A stretch of 64,000 nt of DNA, taken from assembly GCA_963773065.1 (NCBI GenBank), contig CAVYZN010000017.1, positions 1-64,000 of the forward strand. The letters run 5' to 3'. Every line of letters starts with the position of its first letter. Within the stretch, counting starts at the first letter, position 1. Source of the stretch: an uncultured Gammaproteobacteria bacterium (GTDB taxonomy: Bacteria; Pseudomonadota; Gammaproteobacteria; UBA9214). The notes below the pieces were generated by a model. It worked only from the letters and a program-made list of their open reading frames with translations, made no database searches and was not told where the DNA came from. The position numbers and the translations under genes are program-made. Shown piece after piece: positions 1 through 11,082 of the stretch.

Positions 1-139
1 CCGTATTTCTCACCGGGATAGGCACTCCCCCAAAACACACGGTTGTCTATTGAGTCGGCACCCTTGCCATTACCTCAAAGCCTTATGTGTATTAGTCGCG
101 ACATAAGCAGAGAGACAGTGTCAGATTTAAGTGCGCTGA

Positions 140-225
140 CCGTCTCACAACGGCCACAAACCGTCATTTACGGAGTGACAACATTAGGGTGCTGATCGTC
201 TGGCTCTGGCGATAAAGTGGACGTT
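140..225. repeat. Pair of ~28-bp quasi-palindromic module-boundary sites
   Basis: GTC-TCACAA-CGGCCA-CAAACC-GTCATT (142-168) and GTC-TGGCTC-TGGCGAT-AAAGTG-GACGTT (198-225); the first shares CGGCCACAAAC with the site at 10345. Confidence 0.6.
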
Positions 226-330
226 CAGCCTTCGAGTAGTAGTTGGCTCGCGAAATTGCTGTCCCGTGCAATCCTGGCCCCCACGTGCTAGGTGCGCGAG
301 GGGATTTTGGCACTCAAGTTTTAATGCTGA

Positions 331-1959
331 TCACGGCCTCAATTCCCAATCCTTGAGTTTCTTCGCCGCCGCGCCAAACGGGCCAAGCTGGTACACGGCC
401 GCGCCCGCCGGCGAGAAGGTGAACGGCTCAAACGGTTCGGCGAGCATCTTGTCGAGGTATTCCCGCGGGGCCACACCGGTGGTGACGTGCGGATTGAAAT
501 GTTCGCCGAAGCTTTTTGAACAAACGCCGACACATAATCGATCATTTGCACGTCGAGCGCGGAATCGTCGTGCGCAGCAGTGAACGCACCGATCGGCCCA
601 GTTTCCACCGTGAACGGGGCCACAGCGGCAATGATGTCCGCTTGCAACTTGAGCAGTACGGGCGTCGGTTTCGCGACAATGCCCGCGACGCCAAGCTCCC
701 CGGCCGGGATGTAATAGTATTTGACGGCGTCCAGTTTCAGGCGCGCTGACGCCGGCGAGCACCTTGCCGACCGCGGCATAGACCTTGTCGAGGTCGGCGG
801 TGCGGACGAAACACTGGAGCATCGTGATGTGCGGACGGTGCGTCCCATCCAGGGCGAACCCTTTCGGGTAGATCTTGAGCAGGCGGACGTTGTTGGCTTC
901 GGCATGCCGGAGCATGGTGGTGTCCGGCTCCAGCAGGACGTCGATGGCGGTGACTGGAGGCTGCCCGACCGCGAAGACCTGTTTCCAATCGTCCTTCATG
1001 CTGACGACAGTCCAGCCATCCCTCTTCGCTTGCTCGTATAGTGGCTGTGTGAAGGCACCCAGCTTGACGTCCGGCAAACCTTGCGCCGGACCGTAGGCGT
1101 ATTCGCGGGCCGCTCATCGTGCAACACCAACAGCTCGAACCGCGCCCCACCGCCTCCCTGCGTGTATTCCAACATCTCCTTGTCGCCATTGGAATTGCCA
1201 AACGCCATGACAGGCCGGCGGCCGATGTGCTGGTTGATGCCGACGGGCTTGTCGCCCTTGTCGTCATTGAAATTCAGTTCCGGCAGACGCACGAGAACGG
1301 GCTTGCCGTCGCGCATTTCAAACTTCGTCCTGACGCTGCTGCCGACAACCTGTTCCGGCGGGATGCCGTACACCCGCTCCGCCCACGGGCGCATGAACTC
1401 GATCCCGCCGCCGGAGACGATGAAGTTCTTGAAACCGTGCCCGCGCAGGTACGCGAGCAATTCGAGCATCGGCTGATACACCATCTCGGTGTAGGGGCTG
1501 CTTGGTCACCGGATGTTTCGCGGTCGCGAGCCATCCTTGACGATCTGCTCGAATTCCACGGTGGTCATGCCCGTGTGCGTGGCCATGAAGAGTTCCAGGA
1601 TCGCGCGGTCGCCGCCGGAGAGCGCGGCGTTCACATCGCCCTTGAGCAGCGAGGCGAACGGTTCCTTGGTCGTCCATTCGGGATGCTGCGGCACGAGCGC
1701 TTTCACGCGGTCGAGGGCGAAGTACAATTGAACGGGCAGCGGCTGCTCGCACCAGAGCGTGCCGTCGTTGTCGAAGATGGCAATGCGCTCGGGGATCGGG
1801 CACGAAGTTCGGCGAGCCGGGTGTGGTGACCTGCTCGACGAAGGCAATGATCGCCTTCTTCGGCGCCGTGTCGTTCCACGAGGCGAGCGGGTCAGTGGCG
1901 CAGGCCGCGTTTGTGAGCAGCAGCAGCGGCGAGCAGAATCTTCACCGTAAGCTCTTCAT
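331..1959 (-). CDS. Secreted HAD-family hydrolase (non-specific acid phosphatase-like) fused to a C-terminal 2H-phosphoesterase-like domain; split by several frameshifts
   Basis: ORF pieces 1506-1847 (FDNDGTLW), 996-1484 (IVSGGG, AFGNSNGD), 331-1077/339-905 (PHITML, PHVTTG HxT motifs); N-terminus DPLASWND near 1890. Confidence 0.75.
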
Positions 1960-2027
1960 CGATTCGGCCGTCCTTGATGCGCACTCGCGGCGGGGCGCTC
2001 CGGCCGACGCGCCCCGCCGCGACCGCG

Positions 2028-3635
2028 CTACTTCGACCCGCCGCCTTCGCTCATCTTCCGAAGAACTGCATCCAGGTTGAAGCTGTCCGCCTTCTGGCGC
2101 TGCGGGAATTCCTTGAAGGTCGCCAGGAACTGGCCCACGTAGGCCTGCGCGGGCACCAGCAGGAAAGCATGATCGAGCAACCAGTCCCAGTACGTGTTCG
2201 ACGTGATGTCTGCGCGCTCGTAGGGGTCCATCCGGAGGTTGAACATCTTCGGCAGCCGCAAGGAGGTGAACGGGTTCGCCCAGACGAACATCGTTCCGGG
2301 GGTCTGCTGCTCCATGAACACGAGCTTCCAGTTGTCATAGCGCATGGCGACCAGTTGCTGCTCGTCGCTGAAGTACAGGAACGATTCCCGCGGGCTCTTC
2401 GCGACCTGCCCGGTCAGGTAGGGGACGAGATTGTCGCCGTCGAGGTGCACCTTGTAGGTCATGTCGCCGACCTTGTAGCCCTTGAGCAGCTTCTCTTTCA
2501 CTCGCGTGTCGCCGGCCATGGCCAGCAGCGTCGGCAGCCAGTCGTGGTGGGCGACCATCTCGTTGGACACCTGCCCGGTTTGATCTTGCCCGGCCAGCGG
2601 ACCATGGCCGGCACCCGGTAGGCGCCTTCCCAGTTCGAGTTCTTCTCGTTGCGGAACGGTGTCATCGCTCCGTCCGGCCAGCGAGTTCATGTGCGGACCG
2701 TTGTCGGTGCTGTACATAACGAAGGTGTTGTTCGCGATGCCCAGGTCATCCAGCACCTTGAGGACCGTGCCGACGTTCTTGTCGTGGTCGATCATGGTGT
2801 CGTGGTACGGGCTCTGCCAGCGCCCCGACTGGCCGATGCTCTCCGGCTTGGTGTGGGTGCGGAAGTGCATGTGGGTGAAGTTCACCCAGACAAAGGCGGG
2901 CTTGCCGGCCTTGTTTTGCCGCTTGATGAAGTCCACGGCCCGGTCGGCGACGTCGTCGTCGATGGTCTCCATCCGCTTCTTGGTCAGCGGACCGGTGTCC
3001 TTGCATACCTGCTTGCCGACCTTGCCGAAGCGCGGATCGACGGTCGGGTCGTCCGTGGCCGAGGCCTTGCAGTCCAGTACGCCGCGCGGGCCGAACTTGG
3101 CGAGGAAACCCGGATCTTTCGGATAGTCGGGCAGTTCCGGCTCTTCCTTGGCGTTGAGGTGGTACAGGCTGCCGTAGAACTCGTCGAAGCCGTGCACCGT
3201 GGGCAGGTATTCGTTACGGTCGCCCAGGTGATTCTTGCCGAACTGGCCGGTGGCATAGCCTTGCGCCTTCAACAGTTCGGCAATCGTCGGGTCTTCCTTT
3301 TGCAGCCCTACTGCCGCGCCCGGCAAGCCAACCTTGGTCAAGCCAGTGCGCAAGCCGGATTGGCCGGTAATGAACGACGCCCGGCCGGCGGTGCAGCTCT
3401 GCTCGGCGTAGTAGTCGGTGAACATCATGCCTTCCTTGGCGACTCGGTCGATATTGGGCGTCTGGTAGCCCATCACGCCGTGCGAGTAGGCGCTGACATT
3501 GGACTGGCCGATGTCATCGCCCCAGATGATGACGATGTTGGGCTTGCTGGCCGCGACGGCCTGCGCCGGCAAAGCAGGGGCCAGCAGCACCAAGCAGGTA
3601 GTCACCAGACAGAGTAGAAATTTATTTTTTTCCAT
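2028..3635 (-). CDS. Arylsulfatase with signal peptide; short out-of-frame stretch near 2580-2680
   Basis: [19 protein letters not shown] (formylglycine motif), GKNHLG, STDNG. Confidence 0.92.
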   Translation of the reverse strand: MEKNKFLLCLVTTCLVLLAPALPAQAVAASKPNIVIIWGDDIGQSNVSAYSHGVMGYQTPNIDRVAKEGMMFTDYYAEQSCTAGRASFITGQSGLRTGLTKVGLPGAAVGLQKEDPTIAELLKAQGYATGQFGKNHLGDRNEYLPTVHGFDEFYGSLYHLNAKEEPELPDYPKDPGFLAKFGPRGVLDCKASATDDPTVDPRFGKVGKQVCKDTGPLTKKRMETIDDDVADRAVDFIKRQNKAGKPAFVWVNFTHMHFRTHTKPESIGQSGRWQSPYHDTMIDHDKNVGTVLKVLDDLGIANNTFVMYSTDNGPHMNSLAGRSDDTVPQREELELGRRLPGAGHGPLAGQDQTGQVSNEMVAHHDWLPTLLAMAGDTRVKEKLLKGYKVGDMTYKVHLDGDNLVPYLTGQVAKSPRESFLYFSDEQQLVAMRYDNWKLVFMEQQTPGTMFVWANPFTSLRLPKMFNLRMDPYERADITSNTYWDWLLDHAFLLVPAQAYVGQFLATFKEFPQRQKADSFNLDAVLRKMSEGGGSK

Positions 3636-3735
3636 TGCATTTCTCTCACTATTGAAATTGATGGTGAACACCGCATTCACGGGTCCAATCTCTTTACGAG
3701 AGTGATATTAATCCTATTTGGCAGAAATAAAAAAT

Positions 3736-5117
3736 GGGTCATCGCGTAATCGTGTGGGTAAAAACTGGCATTGCAGTGTAGCCAGACCCTGTAATTACCG
3801 GCATAAACAGCATTTGCTGAGGCACAGGAATTTAGCATGATAACCCGATGGCTACCTCACGCAAACGACCCCGCCGATTGGCGGATGCATACACCTTCCC
3901 CGGTTTCCGTCCCCAGGCCACGGTGCGCGGTGTGTTCGGAGACCCGCAGGCCCGTGTCGTCACGCTTACACGGCGGTCAAAAAAACGGTTTGCAGCGTCT
4001 GTGGGCGTGCGCATTCGGGTTGGTACGATCGCAAAGTCCGACGGGTACGCGACCTGTCCTGCGGCGACACCCGTGTGTACCTCGACCTGGAGATCCGGCG
4101 TGTGGCGTGCCGGCGCTGCGGCAAGGTGAAGCGCGAGCGGTTGGACTTTCTGGCCGACAATCCGCTGTACACGAAGCGGTTCGCCCATTACGTAGGCCGG
4201 CGCTGCGCCAGCGCCACGATCAAAGCGGTGGCCAAGGAACTGCGCCTGGACTGGCACACGGTCAAGGAACTGGACAAGCAATACATGCGGTCGCAACTGG
4301 CCCGCGCGGGCACGCCGGGCCCCAAGGCGATCGGCATCGATGAGATCTCGATTCGCAAGGGACACACCTACCGCATCGTGGTCAGCGATCTCATCCGTTG
4401 CCGGCCGATCTGGTTCGGTGGCACGGACCGTTCCGAGGCGAGCATGGCGCAGTTTTATGACTGGCTCGGAGAAAAGAAGGCCAAACGCATCCGCCTGGCG
4501 GTGATGGACATGTGGAAACCGTTTCGCAATGTGGCTCAGGAACGCGCCCCGCAGGCGGCGATCCTGTTCGACAAGTTCCATGTGATGCGCCACCTGGGCA
4601 AGGCTCTGGATCAGGTACGCAAGAGCGAATATGCCCGCCTCAGCGGCAAAGAGCGGCGCTACATCAAGGGGCAGAAGTACACGCTGCTCTCGCGCAAGGA
4701 AAACCTGAGCCTGGAAGGCCGCACGGCGCTGAAGGCCCTGCTGGCGGCCAACCGGCGCCTCAACACCGCCTATCTGCTCAAGGAATCCTTTGGCCAGCTC
4801 TGGGACTACGAACGCGAGGGCTGGGCACGGCGCTTCTTCGACAACTGGCGTGCCAGCCTCAAGTGGCAACGCCCGAAGCCTTACGAGAAGTTCGCTGAGA
4901 TGATCGAGCGTCATTGGGATGGAATCGCCGCCTACTGCAAGCCCAAGAACAAAGTCTCGCTCGGCTTCGTCGAGGGACTGAACAACAAAATCCGCGTCAT
5001 CCAGCGCCGCGCATACGGGCTGCGCGATGAAGAGTATCTGCGACTCAAGATACTGACGTGCATGCTGCCGATCCTCTAAAATGACCGAAAAGCACCCACA
5101 CGATTACGCGAAGAGCC
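3736..5117 (+). mobile_element. ISL3-family IS, copy 1
   Basis: 23-bp terminal IRs GGGTCATCGCGTAATCGTGTGGG / CCCACACGATTACGCGAAGAGCC; 8-bp TSD TAAAAAAT at 3728-3735 and 5118-5125. Confidence 0.95.
3848..5079 (+). CDS. ISL3 transposase expressed across a -1 frameshift at A7 (3979-3985)
   Basis: IGIDEIS, AVMDMW, DKFHV, VEGLNNKIRVIQRRAYG motifs; zinc-finger CxxC in the -1 frame. Confidence 0.9.
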
Positions 5118-5218
5118 TAAAAAATATTGAGTGCAAAAAAAGGGAAGTGGTCAGATACATCATCACATACAGACGAACAAGTCAGGGAAGTAACATTTCC
5201 GTTATCCAGTGCCCATAT

Positions 5219-5295
5219 TTGTCCGCGATCGGGGGAGAAGCGGTCAGTCGATAAACTTGATGCTGAATGTCGCCTTGGGGTCGGAATTTGCCTTT
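5219..5295. repeat. Pair of module-boundary sites
   Basis: GTC-CGCGAT-CGGGGGA-GAAGCG-GTC (5221) and AATGTC-GCCTTG-GGGTCG-GAATTT-GCC (5266); the latter matches 15300 at 15/18 nt. Confidence 0.6.
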
Positions 5296-5379
5296 TGGAC
5301 ACTACCTGTCAGATAAAGTCAGAACCAGTACACCTTATGTCGTTCCGCCGCCGCCCGGTGAGAAATGCGGGCGAGGGAG

Positions 5380-5946
5380 TCAGTTCGGCGGCGCGACCAC
5401 GGCAAAACTCAGCGCGGCCAGGACAGCGCCGATGAGCGCTCCGGCCAGCACATCGGTCGGGTAGTGCAGCCCCAGGATCATGCGCGAGAGCGCCACCAAC
5501 AGGGTAAACGGCACCAGCACCCAGGCGAGCACCGGCAGGTAAACGCAGGCAATGCTGCTGAAACAAACGGCATGGAGGGTGTGGCCGGAGGGAAAACTGT
5601 ATCGATCGAGCGGCGGCATGGCGCAGGAGATCAGCTCGCCATGCATCGCGTACGGGCGCTCCCGGCCGATGCGTGACTTGAGCATGGTGTAAACGCCCAG
5701 TCCCGCCAGCGATGCCGCCGCCATGTGCGTGGCGGCGACCAGCCCGTCGAACCCCGCAACGACCGGCAGCATCGCCATGAGTACATACCAGAAGATGCCG
5801 TCACCCAGCCGGCTGGCGAGGCGAAACAGCGAGCAGAAGCGGGGAGACCGGCTGTAGCCGTTGAACAGGGCACAGAGCGCGGTGTCAACATCCGCGCATC
5901 GTCGCGCGACGGTTTCCGGCTTTTCGGCGAACGCGGTAGTAGGCAT
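5380..5946 (-). CDS. PAP2-family phosphatase
   Basis: KxxxxRERP, SFPSGH, SRMILGLHYPTD motifs. Confidence 0.92.
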   Translation of the reverse strand: MPTTAFAEKPETVARRCADVDTALCALFNGYSRSPRFCSLFRLASRLGDGIFWYVLMAMLPVVAGFDGLVAATHMAAASLAGLGVYTMLKSRIGRERPYAMHGELISCAMPPLDRYSFPSGHTLHAVCFSSIACVYLPVLAWVLVPFTLLVALSRMILGLHYPTDVLAGALIGAVLAALSFAVVAPPN

Positions 5947-6156
5947 AGCCTGAGGATCGCATGATGACTACGCGATCCACTGTGCCGGTGAAATACGACG
6001 CTTCGATTAGCCCGCCTTTAGGATTCCATTAGAAAAGCGGAGGCCGCCATGTGCTTGTCAGGCATCATGATACTGCAACATCATTAGAGGACAATTCCGG
6101 CATCGGGAACTTTGCCTGATACTCACACCTGTCACCATCAAGGGACGGATTACCGA

Positions 6157-7163
6157 ATGAGTGACACAACCCTGGCGATCGTCACCGATGCCGGCTGCCG
6201 CAGGTCAACGGGGTCGTCAACACGCTGATGCAGACGCGTGCCGCTCTGGCGGGGCGCGGCTACCGGGTAATCCTGCTGACGCCGCAGGAACACACCACCC
6301 TGCCCTGCCCGAGCTATCCGGAAATCCGGCTTGCCCTGCGCCCGTCCCGCAAGGTTCATGCGCTGCTTGACGGGCTTCGGCCCGACCACATACACATCGC
6401 AACGGAAGGACCACTGGGGCTCTCCGCCCGCGCCTACTGCCGGCGTAAGCACCTCGCCTTCACCACCTCCTACCACACGCAGTTTCCCGAATACCTGCGC
6501 AGTCGCCTGCCAATACCGCTGGCCGCCTCCTATAGCTTCCTGCGCCGGTTCCACAAGGCGGCGGCGCGCACCATGGTCGCCACCCCCAGCCAGGAAAAGC
6601 TGCTGCGACAGTGGCGCTTCGGCAATCTCGTGCGCTGGACGCGCGGCGTCGACACCGACCTGTTCCGTCCGGACGAACGCGCGCCACTCGATGTTGTACG
6701 TCCGCTCTTCACCTGCATCGGTCGCGTCGCGGTGGAAAAAAACCTCGAGGCCTTCCTGTCGCTCAAGCTGCCGGGAACGAAATGCGTCATCGGCGATGGC
6801 CCGCAGCTCGAGGAGCTGAAACGCCGCTATCCCCGGGTGCTTTTCCCGGGTTACAAATTCGGCGCCGACCTCGCCCGGCACCTCGCCGCCGCCGATGTGT
6901 TCGTCTTCCCCAGTCGCACCGACACGTTCGGGCTGGTCATGCTCGAGGCGATGGCGTGCGGCGTACCCGTCGCCGCGTTTCCGGTCACCGGGCCGATCGA
7001 CGTGGTCACGCATGGCGTGACCGGCATACTGGACCAGGATCTGCGCCAGGCGGCGCTCGCCGCACTCAAACTCGACCGGGCGCGTTGCCGCGCGGAGGCG
7101 CTCAAGCATACCTGGGCGGAATCCAGCCGGCAGTTCAGCGACAACCTGGTCCCGGCCTGCTGA
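6157..7163 (+). CDS. Glycosyltransferase family 4 (1-nt frameshift near 6193)
   Basis: LAIVTDA..PQVNGVV N-terminus upstream of ORF 6228; GRVAVEKN, DTFGLVMLEAMACG. Confidence 0.88.
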
Positions 7164-7186
7164 CGGAGGCTCCGCGGCGTCAGGCG

Positions 7187-8323
7187 TCAGCCGCGGCCCG
7201 CTACCTCATCCGGCGCGGGATTGACGGGCGCCGCGTCCTCGCCAGGCACTGTTCCGGCGTCGAGCTCGAGCCAGCCGAGCAGCAGCTCGTAGCCGAGCAC
7301 CAGGATGACCGAACCGATGAACAGGCCGATGATGCCCGAGGTCAGGAAGCCGCCGATCGCGCCGACGAAAATCACCGCCATCGGCACGTTGACGCCACGT
7401 CCCAGCAGTAGGGGTTTGAGTACATTGTCCAGCGTCCCGATCAGGATGCTCCAGATCAGGAAAATCACCGCCGTGGCAGTGTCGGCGTTGGCGAATACAT
7501 AGATCAGCACCGGTATGGTGATGGGGAAGATGCCGATCTGGACCACGGCCAGCAGCAGACACAGGAAGGCCCACAGACCCGCCGCCGGCACGCCCACGGC
7601 GAGGAAGCCGAGCCCGGCCAGGATCGACTGGATGAGGGCGACGCCCAGTATGCCGCGGGCGACGCTGCGGATGGTCGCGCTCGACAGCTCGATGAACTCG
7701 GCCCCGTGCGCTTCGGCGAGACGCTGGGCGATGGCGTAGCTGGTCCGCTTGCCGGCCTCGCCGTGCCGGAGTATCACACCGGCGATGATGATCGCCACGA
7801 TGAACTGTAGGATGCCGAGACCGGCCCCGGCGGCGGCGGACAGCAGCCATTTGCCGAGCACCTTGAACTGTGGTCCGATTTCGCCGAGCGCCCCCGCGAG
7901 ATTGACGGATGCCAGACGCCAGAACTTGTCCAGGGGCTTGCCGATCAGCGGCCAGTTCGCGACGCTCTCCGGGGGCGCCGGAATGTTCAGCGCGCCTTCA
8001 GACAGATCCTTGGCCAGCCCGGTCACCCCCGTGACCAGGGTATCCGACAGCATGAAGGTAGGCGTAATCAGGAGAACCAGCGCCAGTACGACAAACAGCG
8101 TCGCCGCCAGCGTGCGCCGGTCGCCGAGCGCCCGCTGGACCCACTGGTAATTGGGATAGACCGCGACGGCGATGATCACGCCCCACACGACCGGGATGAT
8201 GAAAGGCCGAATGATCTGGAAACAATACAGCACGAGGACGGCAATCAGGCCGAGGCGTATCGTCGCCTCGACCGTCCTGTTCAGAAACGCCCTGTCATTC
8301 ACGGCGGAAACGGAAGTATTCAT
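7187..8323 (-). CDS. AI-2E family transporter
   Basis: Multi-TM protein; DNVLKPLLLGRG and GAIGG..GIIGLFIG motifs. Confidence 0.88.
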   Translation of the reverse strand: MNTSVSAVNDRAFLNRTVEATIRLGLIAVLVLYCFQIIRPFIIPVVWGVIIAVAVYPNYQWVQRALGDRRTLAATLFVVLALVLLITPTFMLSDTLVTGVTGLAKDLSEGALNIPAPPESVANWPLIGKPLDKFWRLASVNLAGALGEIGPQFKVLGKWLLSAAAGAGLGILQFIVAIIIAGVILRHGEAGKRTSYAIAQRLAEAHGAEFIELSSATIRSVARGILGVALIQSILAGLGFLAVGVPAAGLWAFLCLLLAVVQIGIFPITIPVLIYVFANADTATAVIFLIWSILIGTLDNVLKPLLLGRGVNVPMAVIFVGAIGGFLTSGIIGLFIGSVILVLGYELLLGWLELDAGTVPGEDAAPVNPAPDEVAGRG

Positions 8324-8451
8324 GAAGAGGAGCCCTTTGACTGTGATCGTTGGCGCTGACAAGGTGTACAGTAAAAATAAACGCATCCCGACACAAGCGC
8401 AGGGCGAGTGTCCCGTCGAACGGGCGGTTCATACCTGGAATCCGGGGGGAA

Positions 8452-8525
8452 TGGAGCGGGTGATGGGAATCGAACCCACGTTAGTAGCTTGGGAAGCTAC
8501 AGTTCTACCATTGAACTACACCCGC
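8452..8525 (-). tRNA. tRNA-Gly (CCC)
   Basis: GCGGGTGTAGTTCAATGGTAGAACTGTAGCTTCCCAAGCTACTAACGTGGGTTCGATTCCCATCACCCGCTCCA: cloverleaf, CCC anticodon, CCA end. Confidence 0.97.
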
Positions 8526-8742
8526 TTAATTCTTGGGGTACAAGAGTTTACCGAATAGCCGGGGTGAATGTCACAACCTCACGGTAGAGGAATGGTGCCT
8601 GGGGTAAAAAGCGACCACACAAAGCAACTCAAGGTATCCCGCCTAATGGTGTAGATATTCATCACGTATCTTAATGGACACTGTTCGAAAGAGTATTACC
8701 GAGTGAATCTGAAATTTGGTGATTCCAGCAGTTGAATCGCCT
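8488..8742 (-). repeat. Left arm of ~250-bp inverted repeat (tRNA promoter + tRNA 5' half)
   Basis: Reverse complement aligns with 15390-15641; about 20 differences by eye. Confidence 0.95.
8545..8574 (-). promoter_or_regulatory. Putative sigma70 promoter of tRNA-Gly
   Basis: Minus strand GTGACA-N18-TAAACT about 20 nt upstream of the tRNA; also present in the right arm (15556-15584). Confidence 0.55.
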
Positions 8743-8746
8743 AAGC

Positions 8747-8836
8747 AAGTTATTTCGATCCGACCCGGGCATTCGCGGAAGCACAGTACCATAGTTGTTG
8801 GAGTTCGGACATGACGGCTGTCGGCCACTTTCGGAC
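8747..8836. repeat. Pair of module-boundary sites at the inner edge of the left IR arm
   Basis: AAG-TTATTT-CGATCC-GACCCG-GGCATT and ATGAC-GGCTGT-CGGCCA-CTTTCG-GAC (20/26 identical to 10334). Confidence 0.65.
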
Positions 8837-8841
8837 TACAG

Positions 8842-8934
8842 TTATAACAATCAGGATCACCGGGCGGGAAGTTGAAGTAGCCGTGTGAAGCGAGCCCACC
8901 CCGTCTCCCGCTTCGGTGCATCTGATAGTTATGC
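8842..8934 (-). mobile_element. attC-like integron cassette site
   Basis: Minus strand GCATAAC-TATCAG-ATGCACCGAAGCGGGA...TCCCGCCCGGTGATCCTGATT-GTTATAA: R''/R' cores, paired L boxes with an extrahelical G, just after the stop of the YaaC-like ORF. Confidence 0.8.
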
Positions 8935-8957
8935 CATGGTTAGCCGGCAATGCCTTG

Positions 8958-10014
8958 TTATTCGATTGGTGGTTGGGTGGATCGTGGTGGCTTAGAATTC
9001 TGTTCTTTGATCACATCGGAAAGCAGTTCCGTCACCAATTCAGGATAAGAATATTCCACATATTGCTGCGCGCGATTCATCGTTGGCCACATGGTATCTC
9101 CTTTATCACCTTGGATAAGTGAAATCCAATGTGTAGGATAATACCGAACCAACATTCCCAAAATATACGAGACCATGTAGGTAATGCAGAGCTGGGAATA
9201 ACGAGCACCGCCCGAAAACGGCTCAGCGAGGTGCAAAGAAGGAATCGATCCAAATATTTTGTGCACGTATGTGTGAATAAACATTGGAAGTTCTTTAGTG
9301 AAAGTCTCCACGCCACATATAAGGGTGCACCAAAGACCTTCGCTGGTTGCGGTGTAACCGAATCCTTCATAAACAGCCCTGAATTGCGAAAACTGCTCCT
9401 CCCTGACCGTTGCTCGGAATCCCGCATCTTTGTTGAAGGTCATACGACTGATCTCGGCATATCTCGTAACATTAGAGACGTTCGCATAATCCATTTGTAG
9501 ATCGGGAATCCGAGAAAATAAGTCGCCTACTGAAAATTCTACGCCGGGCTTGGGGATATCATAGCAAAGATGTCAATCAACCCCGGCCGAATTGACATGA
9601 ATAGGAACCCGTTTTTTGTATGCGCGACAAAATCTGAAAATAAACCGGTACGCGTTCGTATTTTTAGTTCGCCTAATTGCTTCAATCCCACGGCAGTATC
9701 GCCCGACTAATATTGCCCCAACCGACTGTTTCTATGCCGTGACCGGCAGTCAATCCCTCTTCTCCGCCGCTGACCTTAAACAGCAATAGAAGGGCGCGAC
9801 TTAAACAGGCGACGCCGTAAAAAGTAAGAAGCGGGCGTACTGAATAGTTTGAGTTGCTCGCATTCCTGAAGAACTCTCGCGCCTGTTTCGCAGCGGCGTT
9901 TATCTCACGCGCTCGACGTACGTTTAGTTTCCTTGAATGTATTCGCTCGAACCACTGTTGCGTTATGTCTCGGCTCTCAAGTGAAAGTAATTGCTGCCAG
10001 ATTTCCTGATTCAA
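8958..10014 (-). CDS. YaaC-like protein (frameshifted: 9682-10014 plus 8958-9494)
   Basis: QAREFF..A....VRPLLTFYG, HGI and SYILGMLVRYYPTHW motifs resemble the YaaC family. Confidence 0.7.
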
Positions 10015-10207
10015 TGTTCTTTATGCTCAAAAGGTTTCAGCGAGGAATGGGTTCTTCTTCTACATAATAACAATTAGAGGGCCTAGAAATCAGGTTTGTA
10101 TTATTACTTTTAGGTCATGTTTGTATTCAGGCTTATATTAAAATCAACATGATGTTGTCATGTTACATAGCCTATTGGTTTTTCAAACCTTGCCTTTGAA
10201 AATATTG

Positions 10208-10361
10208 AATGACTGGATCGGTGCGACTCCGCCAATTAGCCGATCCGAATAAAAGAGCCGGCTGAATTTCGAGTTAGAGCCGTTACACGACATAACCATG
10301 ACCAAAGAAACCCTGCTGATGTGGGGTCCCTGGCTGGCGACTGTCGGCCACAAACGGACGT
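10208..10361. repeat. Two module-boundary sites
   Basis: AATGACTGGATCGGTGCGACTCCGCCAATT (10208) and CTGGCGACTGTCGGCCACAAACGGACGT (10334). Confidence 0.6.
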
Positions 10362-10664
10362 GTACCAACGCTGGCCGAAGCCATAGTCTATGTTGTCACC
10401 CATCACCTCAACCAACTGTACTAAATAAAGGTTATTTACATACAAATATTTCACTAATACGGCGCAGGGCTATATGAGCAAACCCTATTGCAATAAGAAG
10501 AGTCATGTCCTAATTCTCCACACTTCGCAACGCATGAGTAGTTGGGTGTGGGTGATCTATCCTGCTGACCGCTAGATGACTGGGGTTGATATGTACTGTA
10601 AGAATCATTAGACATAGATTCCCGATGCTGATGCACTAGATGATGAACTCCATTTATGCATATA

Positions 10665-10988
10665 TCACGAGGCATAGTTTTGATATCGATACACCTGCCA
10701 CTCAGCACTTTTAATGTTAACAACCATAGCTTGCTGATAACCGGTGTATCCGCCAAATGCATTTTTGGCATTGACCTCAACGCAAGCACCCATTCCATCA
10801 ACCAAGGTCATATTCCCAAATTTCGCAGAATCTGGGTCTTTTAATGCACTAAGAACAGCGCGAACAAGTTCACTCTGTTGATCTGTATTAGGAACTGACA
10901 AATTTAATGGTGGCAAAGGTGGAGAAATGGCACAACCCGTTAAGCACATCGCTGTAACAGCTATAACGATCAACTGTCGAAATTGCAT
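10665..10988 (-). CDS. Small lipoprotein of unknown function
   Basis: Lipobox LTGC; LKDPDSAKF...CVEVNAKNAFGGYTG motif. Confidence 0.75.
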   Translation of the reverse strand: MQFRQLIVIAVTAMCLTGCAISPPLPPLNLSVPNTDQQSELVRAVLSALKDPDSAKFGNMTLVDGMGACVEVNAKNAFGGYTGYQQAMVVNIKSAEWQVYRYQNYAS

Positions 10989-11007
10989 GGTGTACCTCTC
11001 GTCAAGA

Positions 11008-11036
11008 AATGACCACTTCCGGTCATTCGACATGCC
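11008..11036. repeat. Single module-boundary site
   Basis: AATGAC-CACTTC-CGGTCA-TTCGAC-ATG, just upstream of the lipoprotein start. Confidence 0.45.
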
Positions 11037-11082
11037 AAAATTGAGTTACACCTAACAAGTAGAGTCACCTGCAATGGTTTTT

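Noticed and set aside
8643-8950. ORFs 8643-8921 and 8750-8950
   Set aside because: They run across the attC, boundary sites and IR arm, show no recognisable protein features, and are not preserved as full ORFs in the other arm.
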